Positions 41,628-50,929 of a stretch of DNA of 64,000 bases are shown piece by piece. Where the stretch lies: positions 1-64,000 of the forward strand of contig JAQBGU010000246.1 of NCBI GenBank assembly GCA_032128375.1. The letters run 5' to 3'. Source of the DNA: Deltaproteobacteria bacterium (GTDB taxonomy: Bacteria; Myxococcota_A; UBA9160; SMWR01). The position numbers were made by a program, and so were the translations under genes. Each line of letters starts with the position of its first letter. Positions within the stretch are counted from its first letter, which is position 1. The notes under the pieces are model-generated. The model saw only the letters and a list, made by a program, of their open reading frames with translations. It was not told the origin of the DNA and ran no database searches.

Positions 41628-42439
41628 TCGAACTGCTGGCACCCGCACTGGTCGCTTGCCTGCTGTTGGCCTGCATCCTTTCGTACTTCGGGCTCCACGT
41701 ATTGCTGAGGGAGGTGATTTTCGTCGATCTCGCGCTGGCGCAGCTTGCGGCGCTCGGTGCGGCCGTGGGGCACTTGCTATCCGCGCACACGGATTCCTTC
41801 GCGACCTATCTCTGCTCGTTTGCCTTCACGCTCGCAGGTGCCGCAATATTCGCGCTTGCGCGACCCGCCAGGACGCGTCTTCCGCAGGAGGCCGTGATCG
41901 GAATCGTGTACGGCGTGAGTGCGGCACTCGTCATTGTGTTGGTGTCCAAGAGCGCGCTCGACCGGGACGAAGTCGAGAGCATGCTCACCGGTAGGCTGCT
42001 GTTTGCAGAATGGGGCGAGATTGGCACGATGGCGCTCCTGTTCGCAGCCGTCGCGCTTCTCCACTTGGTTCTGCGTGGCCAGTTTATCGAGATCTCAAAA
42101 CGCAGTCGCACCCATGCGGCGCCGTCTCGGCGCCGGAAGCTTCTGGATTTCGTCTTTTACGCGAGCTTTGGAGTCGTGGTGACGAGTTCCGTCCAACTAT
42201 CGGGCGTGCTGGTCGTCTTCGGTCTGCTGATCGTACCGGCCTCGAGTGCGGCGATCTTTTTTGCCAGCATTTCCAACCGGCTTCTCGCCGGGTGGGCGCT
42301 CGGGACGATCAGCTGCAGCGCGGGGATCGCGGCGAGCGCATATTGGGATCTTCCGACCGGGGCTGCTGTCGTGAGCGCACTGGGTGTGGTCTTTGCGCTG
42401 AGCGTGATTGGATCGATCTTTCGACAGCCACAAGACTGA
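41624..42439 (+). CDS. Metal ABC transporter permease (ZnuB/ABC-3 family)
   Basis: GLHVLLREVIFVDLALAQ, EAVIG, DLPTGAAVV; multiple TM segments; ATGA overlap. Confidence 0.9.
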   Translation: MIELLAPALVACLLLACILSYFGLHVLLREVIFVDLALAQLAALGAAVGHLLSAHTDSFATYLCSFAFTLAGAAIFALARPARTRLPQEAVIGIVYGVSAALVIVLVSKSALDRDEVESMLTGRLLFAEWGEIGTMALLFAAVALLHLVLRGQFIEISKRSRTHAAPSRRRKLLDFVFYASFGVVVTSSVQLSGVLVVFGLLIVPASSAAIFFASISNRLLAGWALGTISCSAGIAASAYWDLPTGAAVVSALGVVFALSVIGSIFRQPQD

Positions 42440-42485
42440 GGGCCTGTTTCGATATCGGTTGGAGTCGACAGATCCCTCGGGCGGG

Positions 42486-42799
42486 CTAGTCCCGCAACAG
42501 CATGGCTTCGATCAATCGCGTATGCGCTTCGACGCTCTGTTCAGTGACCGGATCGAGTCCCGTGAGGTGTTCGCATTCGGAAGCCAACGCGAAGATCGTC
42601 GATGCGGCACCGACGAACGCATGGAAGATGTGTATCGTCCGACTGCGGCCTTCCAGAGCTCTTCTTTGTTGTTGAAATGATGCGTGACGAGGCCCTGGTT
42701 GACGCCGGGGTAATTATTGATCACGATGCTCGAAGTCGAAATTCCGGAATCGCTCGAGTCCGGCCGGCTGTTCTGAGATCCTGCACAAACGGCGCCCAT
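42486..42799 (-). pseudogene. Internally deleted, frameshifted TetR regulator remnant
   Basis: HTH fragment GVNQGLVTHHFNNKEELWKAAV; frame change near 42635 into a C-terminal-like HIFHAFVGAASTIFALASECEHLTGLDP...VEAHTRLIEAMLLRD and stop; 5' boundary uncertain. Confidence 0.72.
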
Positions 42800-42811
42800 T
42801 GGGAGGAACAC

Positions 42812-44020
42812 ATGGCTGCACTCCACTCCACGTTCGAATACGCAGCTGGCCCCGATCCCATCCGACCCGATTTGGCCGACGCGTATCGAAGGGCATGGGA
42901 ACACGTCGCCGCTCCCGGAACCTGGCTCGAGGCCGCCGAACGCGTTGCCGTCGCCGACGAGACGCGGCGTGCGCTCAGCTGTGCGCTGTGTCGGGAGCGC
43001 AAGGCGGCGCTCTCAGCGTTCGCGATCGACGGCCAGCATGACCATGCCGGAATATTGTCTGCGCCGATCGTCGACGCGATCCATCGCGTCACGACGGACG
43101 CCGCGCGACTGACCGAGAGCTGGTATCGATCGCTATTGGATCAAGGGCTCACAGCGGAGGCCTACGTTGAAGTCCTCGGCGTTGCGGTTTTGGTGATCAG
43201 TGTCGATCGCTTCCATCACGCGATGGGCCTCCCACTCGAAGACTTGCCGATCCCACGCCCCGGCGAACCCTCACGCGAGCGTCCCGATGGCATCGTCGAA
43301 GGTGAAGCCTGGGTGCCGATGCTGAATGGAAAGCGAGCGGCGAAGGAGATCGGCTTGCGTGCGCCTTCCGCTCCGTACGTGATCCGGGCGTTGAGTCTCG
43401 TGCCGTCGGAATTGAAGGCCTGGCAGGATCTCAGCGCCGCGCAATATCTCGAGCCCGATCAAATGCTCGATTTCGGTAACGTGAGGAGGATCAGCCGGTC
43501 GCAGATCGAGCTGGTCGCGGGCCGTGTCTCGTTGCTCAATGAGTGCTTTTACTGAACGGCTTCCCATGCGGCGATGCTCCGTGCGAGCATCCAGTACTCA
43601 GGCGCCGACGCGAATCTGAGCGGCATTGCGGACGGCGCCAAAGCCGGCGACGCGGGCATCGAGCATGGCGAACGATTGACCGCGTTTGCCGATGCGGCGG
43701 TCAGACGCGACGCCGCAGAACTATCCACCGCGCGTGATGCGCTGCGCGCTGCCGCGGGCTCCGAGATCCTGGTGGACGCGGCTGGTGTGATCGGGAACTT
43801 CGAACGTATGGTGCGGATTGCCGACGGCACTGGGATCCCGCTCGACGGAGTCGTCGATGCGCTGACCAGCGACGTCCGCGGGGAACTCGGCCTCGAAAAT
43901 TTCGAGAGTCGCCGCCTGCTGAAAGCAAACCCGGTCGCCGCGTTCTTTCGGCCGGCCCTTCGCGGAGTCTTCAATGCCGGGCTTCGTATCGCGGGCTGGC
44001 GCAGTCGCAAGAGCGGCTGA
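42812..44020 (+). CDS. AhpD/alkylhydroperoxidase-like selenoprotein, Sec at TGA 43553-43555
   Basis: GGAGG RBS and ATG 42812; ORFs ending at 43555 and starting at 43574 share a frame; read-through gives ELVAGRVSLLNECFY-U-TASH, matching the AhpD CxxCxxxH motif; hairpin follows the TGA. Confidence 0.78.
43573..43591 (+). promoter_or_regulatory. Candidate bacterial SECIS element
   Basis: Perfect stem GATGCTC/GAGCATC with loop CGTGC (43580-43584); 24 nt between TGA and loop. Confidence 0.7.
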
Positions 44021-44095
44021 GTTCGCGGCAAGCGAAGACCCAGATTTCAGGATGCTGTCTCTGCAGCACCCATAAACCTCAGCGAGGGACCCAGG

Positions 44096-45955
44096 TCAAT
44101 CGGGTCCTGTCGCCGAATCCAATGACGCGACGTCAGCAATGGGGTCGTGATCGCGCCCGCCAACGCCGTTGGTCGCTCCTGCGCCAAATGCGGCCGGGTC
44201 CAGGCGCAGCACGCGCGGCACACCGCCTTCGATCTGCCAGGTCGGCGCGTTCGAATTCGAGGTCCAGACGCGGCCGGTCGCATCGAAATCGATTTCACGG
44301 GTGTATGTCACGCGGGTGGGCAACGGGTAGACGGTGAAATTCTCGGCGGCGGGATCGAAGCGAATCAACGAGTCGCTGTTGGTGCCGCAAATCCAGACGC
44401 TGTCGTCACTGTCGATGTTGAGTGCATACGGGGTTTCGGTCCCAATCGGCTCGATCGGAATCGTCCAGGATTGGAATTCGCGCGTGTCGGGATCGAATCG
44501 CGACACCACACCCGATGAGAAGCCGGGAATCCACAAGTGACCCTTCGAATCGAAGCGCAAGCGTCGCGGCGCCGTGAATGGGGTGTCGACCATTTCGACG
44601 TCGAATGTGTCCGGGTCGATGCGGCCGATCTTGTGCGCGTTGAGTTGGCTGAACCAGATGTCACCGTTTGGTGCAACGTCGATTCCGTAGGGGACGGGCG
44701 AATTCGCCGCGCCTTCGCCCGCCGCGGCGCTGCTGATGTCGATGTGCCTCGCCAGCCACAGCATCGGGCCGATCAACCGGCTTGCGATTGCCTGGCCGAG
44801 GTTCGGTGCTGGCACCCGAATCCATTGGTGCTCGCCGGATTCCGGGTCGTAGACACCGACGTGATTCGACGCCGCGATCGTGTACCACACGCGCCCGCGC
44901 GCATCGATCCGCAGCGTGTGGGGGTAGAAGCCTTTCTCGAGCGGATACACCGACCACGTTTCGGCCGTCAGGTCGAAGCGTGCCAGCTGATTGCCGAGCG
45001 CGAGTGTGATCCAGATCGATCCGTCACTTCCCATCTGCAGCGAGTGGGGACCGACATGCGCATTGGAACTCGGCGTGGTGGGTGAGTTCATGCCGCCGAA
45101 TACGCCTCCAAGCGGGAGATCGCCGTGTGGAATCAGCCAAGCGCGCCGCGCGCCGCCGGCTACCGTCGGGTCCAGTTCGTAGAGCTTGTCTTGTGTCATG
45201 TCGACCGAGTACACGCGACCGTTTGGGTGCACCGCGAGGTCGTGTTGCATCGATGCGGCACTACCCAGCACCCACTCTTCGACCGAAGCCTGTGTGACGG
45301 CCAGTTCAGGCGCCGGCGAAAAGCTTGGCTCGTTCATGTCAGCCGTCAGCAGCGGCACCGCGGTCTTCGGGTCGTAGGCGGCGTTGAGCAGCGCAGGCAG
45401 CTCAGCCCGCAGCTCGGCAGAAATTCCGGCGCCCATTCGCCCCATCAGCGCCAGCACTTTCTGCCACTCAACGTCTGTGCGCTGCACGCGCGTCGCCCAG
45501 CTGCCTTGCTGATGGCAGTAGGTGCACTGGCGCACGAATTGCTCTCGCTGGGTCTCGTCCTCCATGCGATCGAGTACCAGTCCATACCAGCGGTTGGCCG
45601 GAAGTTGGCCGGCCACTGCGACGGGGTCGGTCTCGCGCGCCAGCACCAGCGCGACTTCGGAACCCTCGGCGACTTCCTGGCGGTCGATCTCTTTCCATCC
45701 GATGCGCCGCGCGCGCACTTGGAACGGGCCGTTCGCAAGCAGCGCTCCGGTTTCGAAGTGTCCGTCCGCAGCTGAATAGACCGTCTTGGTGTACCGGTCG
45801 CTCGTCTCGCCGGCACTGAACGAGACCATTGCGCCCTCGATCGGCGCACCGTTCGGGTCCACGACACTTCCCGAGAACTGCGCCGCGGCGGCGGACAGCG
45901 GCGCTGCGGCCGTTAGAATTGCCGCTGTGATGAGCGACTTGGAGCGTTTGAACAT
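44096..45955 (-). CDS. Secreted protein: carboxypeptidase-regulatory-like Ig domain, cytochrome c, Vgb-lyase-like beta-propeller
   Basis: GGAGG RBS; signal peptide ending AAA; GSVVDPNGAPIEGAMV; CTYCH; repeated DxxGxVW propeller blades. Confidence 0.8.
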   Translation of the reverse strand: MFKRSKSLITAAILTAAAPLSAAAAQFSGSVVDPNGAPIEGAMVSFSAGETSDRYTKTVYSAADGHFETGALLANGPFQVRARRIGWKEIDRQEVAEGSEVALVLARETDPVAVAGQLPANRWYGLVLDRMEDETQREQFVRQCTYCHQQGSWATRVQRTDVEWQKVLALMGRMGAGISAELRAELPALLNAAYDPKTAVPLLTADMNEPSFSPAPELAVTQASVEEWVLGSAASMQHDLAVHPNGRVYSVDMTQDKLYELDPTVAGGARRAWLIPHGDLPLGGVFGGMNSPTTPSSNAHVGPHSLQMGSDGSIWITLALGNQLARFDLTAETWSVYPLEKGFYPHTLRIDARGRVWYTIAASNHVGVYDPESGEHQWIRVPAPNLGQAIASRLIGPMLWLARHIDISSAAAGEGAANSPVPYGIDVAPNGDIWFSQLNAHKIGRIDPDTFDVEMVDTPFTAPRRLRFDSKGHLWIPGFSSGVVSRFDPDTREFQSWTIPIEPIGTETPYALNIDSDDSVWICGTNSDSLIRFDPAAENFTVYPLPTRVTYTREIDFDATGRVWTSNSNAPTWQIEGGVPRVLRLDPAAFGAGATNGVGGRDHDPIADVASLDSATGPD

Positions 45956-45974
45956 GGGGCGACCTCCGGGGTCG

Positions 45975-46493
45975 GTGACGTGCACACAAGGTACCCTCTT
46001 CGTGGCGGTCTTACTCGCCCTCGCGCTGGGGGCGTGCGCGGCGGGTTCTGGGAGCGATCGAGCGTTGCGCGATGTGCTGGCGGCCGAAGCAAACGAACTC
46101 GAGCGAGCACTCGCTGCTGAACCGGATTCATCCGTGGCCCGCACGCTGCGTGTTCGGCTCGCCTTCGGCGCCGCTGCAGACCTCGATGTCTACGTCACGG
46201 ATCCGAATCACGAAACCGCCTATTTCGCGAACACACCCACGAAGCTCGGAGCGCGTCTCGCACAGGACGTGCTCTGCGACACACCGCTGCCCCGCGTCGA
46301 GACCATCACACTCGAAGATCCGCTCCCGGGCCGGTACCGCGTCGGCGTCGATTACCCGCGGGCCTGCGGCGATGACCGTGGTCCGGTGTCGTACGTCGTC
46401 TACTTGGACACAAACGGGCGACGCGAGTCACGCCGCGGGTCGATTGAGCCGGGCGAGTTCCACGCGATCGTACTGGAGGCGGATGTCGAGTGA
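45975..46493 (+). CDS. Putative lipoprotein with YfaP/DUF2135-like domain
   Basis: LALGAC lipobox; LRVRLAFGAAADLDVYVTDP; PGRYRVGVDY; start uncertain. Confidence 0.65.
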   Translation: MTCTQGTLFVAVLLALALGACAAGSGSDRALRDVLAAEANELERALAAEPDSSVARTLRVRLAFGAAADLDVYVTDPNHETAYFANTPTKLGARLAQDVLCDTPLPRVETITLEDPLPGRYRVGVDYPRACGDDRGPVSYVVYLDTNGRRESRRGSIEPGEFHAIVLEADVE

Positions 46494-46627
46494 ATCGCCA
46501 GCCGGCGAGGATCCGCTTTGCGTCGTCGAGTGACCCACGACTGCGACTCGGGTCACTTGGCAGTTGCGCATTCGCCGCTGCGCCGCTGCCTTCCACGTCG
46601 TCGCCCGACCCATTGTCGGTCGGGCTG

Positions 46628-47479
46628 CTAGCCGCCGAAGCCCCCGACCAGCCGGTTTTCGTTCACCAGAGCCTCGACGCGGTCGCGCAGTACGTTTTTC
46701 CAATCCGGATGCGTCAGAATCCAAAACTGCTTGTTTTTGATCGCACTCACCACCATGTCTGCGACGTCCGCTGGATCCATGCCCTTGCTCAGCATGTTGC
46801 GTGCGCCTGCCTGAAAGTCCGATTCCTGCTTCGTCATAGCGTGCGCCTTCGCTGACTCCGCAGGCCGATTGCGCGCGGCGTCTGCGATCCGGGTATTGAT
46901 CGCACCCGGACACAACACCGAGGCGCCAATCGGCGAGCGATCCGCATCGAGCTCGCGTTGCAACGTCTCCTGCAATGCGACGACCCCGAATTTCGAAACA
47001 TTGTATGGGCCGATAATCGGTGCCGACACCAGCCCCGCCGTCGACGCGGTGCTGACAATATGCCCCTCACCGGCTTGTTTGATCAGCGGCAAGAACGCTT
47101 TGATGCCATAGATTACGCTCCACAGGTTGACACCCAGCACCCATTCCCAATCGGCCAGGCTGAGCGTTTCGATCGGGCCGCCCACGACAACCCCGGCATT
47201 GTTATGCAGCACATGGACTGCTCCGAACGCGTCGACGCTGCGACCTGCGAGCGATTCCACCTGCTCCCAGACCGACACGTCGGTTGGAACGGCGAGCACG
47301 GCTTGCCCCTGTGCTCTCGCGTCGGCTTCGAGCTTTGCGACGGCTGCAGTGAGCGGGGCTCGCTCGATGTCTGCCAGTACGACGTTCATGCCTTCGCCCA
47401 CAAAGGCAGTAGCCGTCGCCAAGCCGATTCCGCTCGCTGCGCCAGTGACAACGGCTGTCTTGCCTCGTAGCTGTTCCAC
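46628..47479 (-). CDS. SDR family oxidoreductase
   Basis: TGAASGIG, NNAGV, YNVSK. Confidence 0.93.
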   Translation of the reverse strand: MEQLRGKTAVVTGAASGIGLATATAFVGEGMNVVLADIERAPLTAAVAKLEADARAQGQAVLAVPTDVSVWEQVESLAGRSVDAFGAVHVLHNNAGVVVGGPIETLSLADWEWVLGVNLWSVIYGIKAFLPLIKQAGEGHIVSTASTAGLVSAPIIGPYNVSKFGVVALQETLQRELDADRSPIGASVLCPGAINTRIADAARNRPAESAKAHAMTKQESDFQAGARNMLSKGMDPADVADMVVSAIKNKQFWILTHPDWKNVLRDRVEALVNENRLVGGFGG

Positions 47480-47489
47480 CGTTGGGCTC

Positions 47490-48578
47490 CTATCTTGCTT
47501 GGTTTCGACCTGGCCAATCGCTCAATCGGAGAACGCCGCCCTGAGCGTTGGGGCCGAGACGCAAGAGGGCGGGGTCGACCGCGTCGAGTGCCTCTGGCGT
47601 CAGCGCGTCGCTCGGAGCCGATTGGTCCGAAACCAACACCTCGCTAAAGAAGTGCGTGACGATGGCATTGAGTAGCCGGTGGATTCGGATCTCGGGCAAT
47701 TGTTCTGCATAGGGCTTTGTCGGCCGGGGCTGGTTGGGCCGGACGTTACTTGCGTGCATGCCGTGAAGCAATTCGACTGCGTCGCAAAAATGGAAGTGGT
47801 CGACGTGCTCGACACCAATGAGTGCACAAGGCTGGCTCATGCGTGCAAACAGCGGCCGAACACTCGTATCGAGATCGACCAGTACGTCGTCGATACCGGC
47901 GACGATCAGCAGCGGCAGCTCGCGCGCGAACGGCAGTTCGCCGGGTTCGAAGGCCTTGCGCCCGACGAAGGCTTCCGAAGCTGGCGCGAGACCGCACACA
48001 GCGCGAACCCGGGGGTCGCGTCGCGGCATCTTCAGCGCCGTCCAGCCACCGTAGGAATGGCCCATACAGCCGACCCGCGCGAGGTCGACCGCTGGCCACG
48101 CACCGGACTCGCTCGCCACGCGATCGATGACGACACCCAGGTCGATCGGTCGGTGATGACGCGCTTCGAGGTGTACGCGCTTGCGATCTTCTTCTGTCTC
48201 GAGTTGGGCCATTTCGAAAAACGTGTTGCCAGGGTGATCCGGTGCGGCGACAACCATGCCCCAGCTCGCGAGATGTGTGGTCAGGAATGTCGATTGGCGG
48301 CGGATGCCCGAATTCCCGTGTGAAAAGGCCACCAGTGGGAAGCGACCCGGCGCAGCCGGTGCGGATTGGATGGCGTCGTGCGGGCGGTTGAGCGGATGTT
48401 CCGCGCGCGGACCCTCGCTGCCGGCCTTGGCCGGATACCAGATGTCGGTAGCGAGCTGGCGTTCGGGTGTGTCGGGGTGCGCCCATAGCGCTGTGGCGAT
48501 TCCGACCGGGTGCGGGCCGCGGGCCGCAAACCTCAACAAGGTTTGCTCGGCGGTTGGACGGGACGAGGCAGGGGACAT
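47490..48578 (-). CDS. Alpha/beta hydrolase (PAF-acetylhydrolase/dienelactone hydrolase-like)
   Basis: IWYP, FSHG, APDHPG, nucleophile elbow GHSYGG; start uncertain. Confidence 0.85.
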   Translation of the reverse strand: MSPASSRPTAEQTLLRFAARGPHPVGIATALWAHPDTPERQLATDIWYPAKAGSEGPRAEHPLNRPHDAIQSAPAAPGRFPLVAFSHGNSGIRRQSTFLTTHLASWGMVVAAPDHPGNTFFEMAQLETEEDRKRVHLEARHHRPIDLGVVIDRVASESGAWPAVDLARVGCMGHSYGGWTALKMPRRDPRVRAVCGLAPASEAFVGRKAFEPGELPFARELPLLIVAGIDDVLVDLDTSVRPLFARMSQPCALIGVEHVDHFHFCDAVELLHGMHASNVRPNQPRPTKPYAEQLPEIRIHRLLNAIVTHFFSEVLVSDQSAPSDALTPEALDAVDPALLRLGPNAQGGVLRLSDWPGRNQAR

Positions 48579-48697
48579 GGGAATGCTGTAGTCCGCCGCG
48601 CCGAACTCGGCAACTCCAGAACCGCGCCGCCAGCATGCGCCAGTCGGCCCCGCTGCCGCGTTGACGTGCGACGAGGCCACCGATAGTCTGCTCGGCC

Positions 48698-49426
48698 ATG
48701 CCGAGTCCTTACAAAGCTGTGTTCTTTGACCTTGGCGGAACTCTCTTCAGCTACCAGGATGTGGGGCGCTGGACTTTCAGCGCACTACTCGCTTCTGCGA
48801 AGAAGCTGGGCGTCGAGGCGGAGCGGCGCGAAATCGGTCGCGCCTATCGAGATGCCAGTCATGCGGCCAACGCGAGCTACATCGACAGCCCGTACTACCT
48901 GCACAGAGACCTGTTTCGCGACACGTTCCGCCTGTTCGCCGAAAGGCTGGGTGGTGAAGCATCGCAGGACTACCTGGATTTCTCAGAAGCGGCGCTGCGC
49001 GACGCGCTGGTCGGCAACATGGTGCTGCGTGAGGACTGCCTCGATACGCTGCGCGCCTTGAAGGAGAAGGGGCTCTATCTGTCGATCGTTTCCAACATCG
49101 ACGACGACTATCTCATGCCGATGGTGGCCGATTCCGGGCTCGACGCTGTACTCGACCATTGGACGAGTTCCGAAGAGGCCCGCTCGTGCAAGCCGGACCC
49201 CGGCTTTTTTCGGTTGGCTCTAGAAAAGGCCGGCTGCCGTGCGGAGCAGGTGCTCTTCGTCGGCGATTCGCCGACGCATGACATCCAAGGCGCGAAGAAC
49301 ATCGGCATGACGGCGGCGCTGATCGTGGAGGGAGATTCGAAACCGCCACTGCAGAGCGGTCGTGAGTCGGTCGCGCCGGATCATGAAATCCGGACGCTTT
49401 CAGATCTGCTCGCGCTGGTGGCGTGA
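48698..49426 (+). CDS. HAD family hydrolase
   Basis: FFDLGGTL, VSN, KPDP, VGDSPTHDI. Confidence 0.92.
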   Translation: MPSPYKAVFFDLGGTLFSYQDVGRWTFSALLASAKKLGVEAERREIGRAYRDASHAANASYIDSPYYLHRDLFRDTFRLFAERLGGEASQDYLDFSEAALRDALVGNMVLREDCLDTLRALKEKGLYLSIVSNIDDDYLMPMVADSGLDAVLDHWTSSEEARSCKPDPGFFRLALEKAGCRAEQVLFVGDSPTHDIQGAKNIGMTAALIVEGDSKPPLQSGRESVAPDHEIRTLSDLLALVA

Positions 49427-49490
49427 CAACCACACGGTTCCGCGATTCCAGAAAAAGTCGCGGTGCAGCACCGAGGGAAATCGGTAGCGA

Positions 49491-50696
49491 ATGATGAAGC
49501 GGTTCATCCCCGAGCACCTCGACGAGCTGACACCCGAGTGGTTTACGGGCGTGCTGCGCGAGCGCGGTATTCTCGATCAGGAGCGCGTCACGAGCGCGAG
49601 GCGCGAAGTCCTCGGTGATGGTGAGGGCTTCCTCGGTGTCATCGCGCGCATGACGCTCGATTACGATCGCAGCGCGCCCAATGCGCCGCGTTCGCTGATC
49701 GCCAAGTTGCCGCAGGCGGCGAACCGCGCGATGGGTGAGATGATGGGCGCCTATGAACGCGAGAGTCTCTTTTACGAAGAACTCGCGCCCAGCGTTCCGC
49801 TGCGAACTCCGGTGCTGTACTACAGCGCGTTCGACCGCGATCGGGGGTCCGAACAGCAAGCGAAGATCATGGCACTTGTCGATCGGATGCCGGTCAGGCT
49901 GGCGCAGCGCACCATCGGCGTGGGCAAGTGGATCGCCGGCAGAAAAAAGCGCCGCTACATCCTGCTGATGGAAGACCTGGCGCCCGCGCGAGTGGGTGAC
50001 CAGGTGGCGGGTGGGTCGCCGGAAGACTGCGAGCGGCTGCTGGCCGCGGTGGCTCCCGCCCATGCCGCGTTCTGGGGCGGCGACGCGCTGCGAGAGCAAT
50101 TCTGGGTCGTGTCGCAGAGCATCGACTTGCGCATGCGCTATGGGATGTTCCGACAGGCCCGCGAGCGATTTGCCGCGCGTTATGCGGCGCTGATCGATGC
50201 TGGGCTCGGACGCGTGATCGATTGGTTGTCGGATCACGGACTGGAACTGACGCGCAAACTGTACCTGGGAGCGCCCGAGACGATGTTGCATTGCGATCTG
50301 CGGCTCGACAATGTGTTCTTCGAAGACGCAGCGGGCGATGAGGCAGCGAGCTCCGATGGTGTCATCGTGTTCGACTGGCAGCTGGTGCGGCGCGGCCCGG
50401 CAGCCTACGACGTGGCGTACTTCTTGTCGGGCGCGCTTGCGCCTGAAACCGATGCCGCGACCGAACGGGCGCTGCTACAGGGATACCACGCAGGGCTGCT
50501 CGCGCGAGGCGTGGAGGGCTACGACTTCTCGGCGCTCGAATCGGACTACCGGCGCGGCTTGCTGGCTGTTCTTCAGACGATGACCACCATCGGCGACGTC
50601 GATATGGGTGACGGCCGCGGCGTCGAACTGGCGGATCTGTGGATCGAGCGGCTAGCCGGCCGCGTGCGCGGGTTGGATCTCGACGCGCTGCTTTGA
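49491..50696 (+). CDS. Phosphotransferase (APH/ecdysteroid kinase-like)
   Basis: RESLFY, LLMEDL, HCDLRLDN, FDWQ, DVAYFL. Confidence 0.87.
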   Translation: MMKRFIPEHLDELTPEWFTGVLRERGILDQERVTSARREVLGDGEGFLGVIARMTLDYDRSAPNAPRSLIAKLPQAANRAMGEMMGAYERESLFYEELAPSVPLRTPVLYYSAFDRDRGSEQQAKIMALVDRMPVRLAQRTIGVGKWIAGRKKRRYILLMEDLAPARVGDQVAGGSPEDCERLLAAVAPAHAAFWGGDALREQFWVVSQSIDLRMRYGMFRQARERFAARYAALIDAGLGRVIDWLSDHGLELTRKLYLGAPETMLHCDLRLDNVFFEDAAGDEAASSDGVIVFDWQLVRRGPAAYDVAYFLSGALAPETDAATERALLQGYHAGLLARGVEGYDFSALESDYRRGLLAVLQTMTTIGDVDMGDGRGVELADLWIERLAGRVRGLDLDALL

Positions 50697-50742
50697 GTCC
50701 TTCTCAGAGTCCTTCTCAGAGTCCTTCGCGGAGTCCTTCGCG
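50695..50742. repeat. 4 x 12-bp tandem array starting in the stop codon
   Basis: gagtccttctca twice, then gagtccttcgcg twice. Confidence 0.88.
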
Positions 50743-50929
50743 CAGTCAGAGCAGGTGACTTTTCGGTTACCAGCAGAATCGTTCAGTGATTGTGTTGCGC
50801 GGACCACCTGAGACTCAAGGTCAAACACTTCACTCCGATAGGTGTTCTACTGCCGATCGGATCTACGCATAGGACATTCGCGGTCCGGCCGGTTCGGGTA
50901 TTCTGAAATGAGCACGCGCTGGAGCCAAG

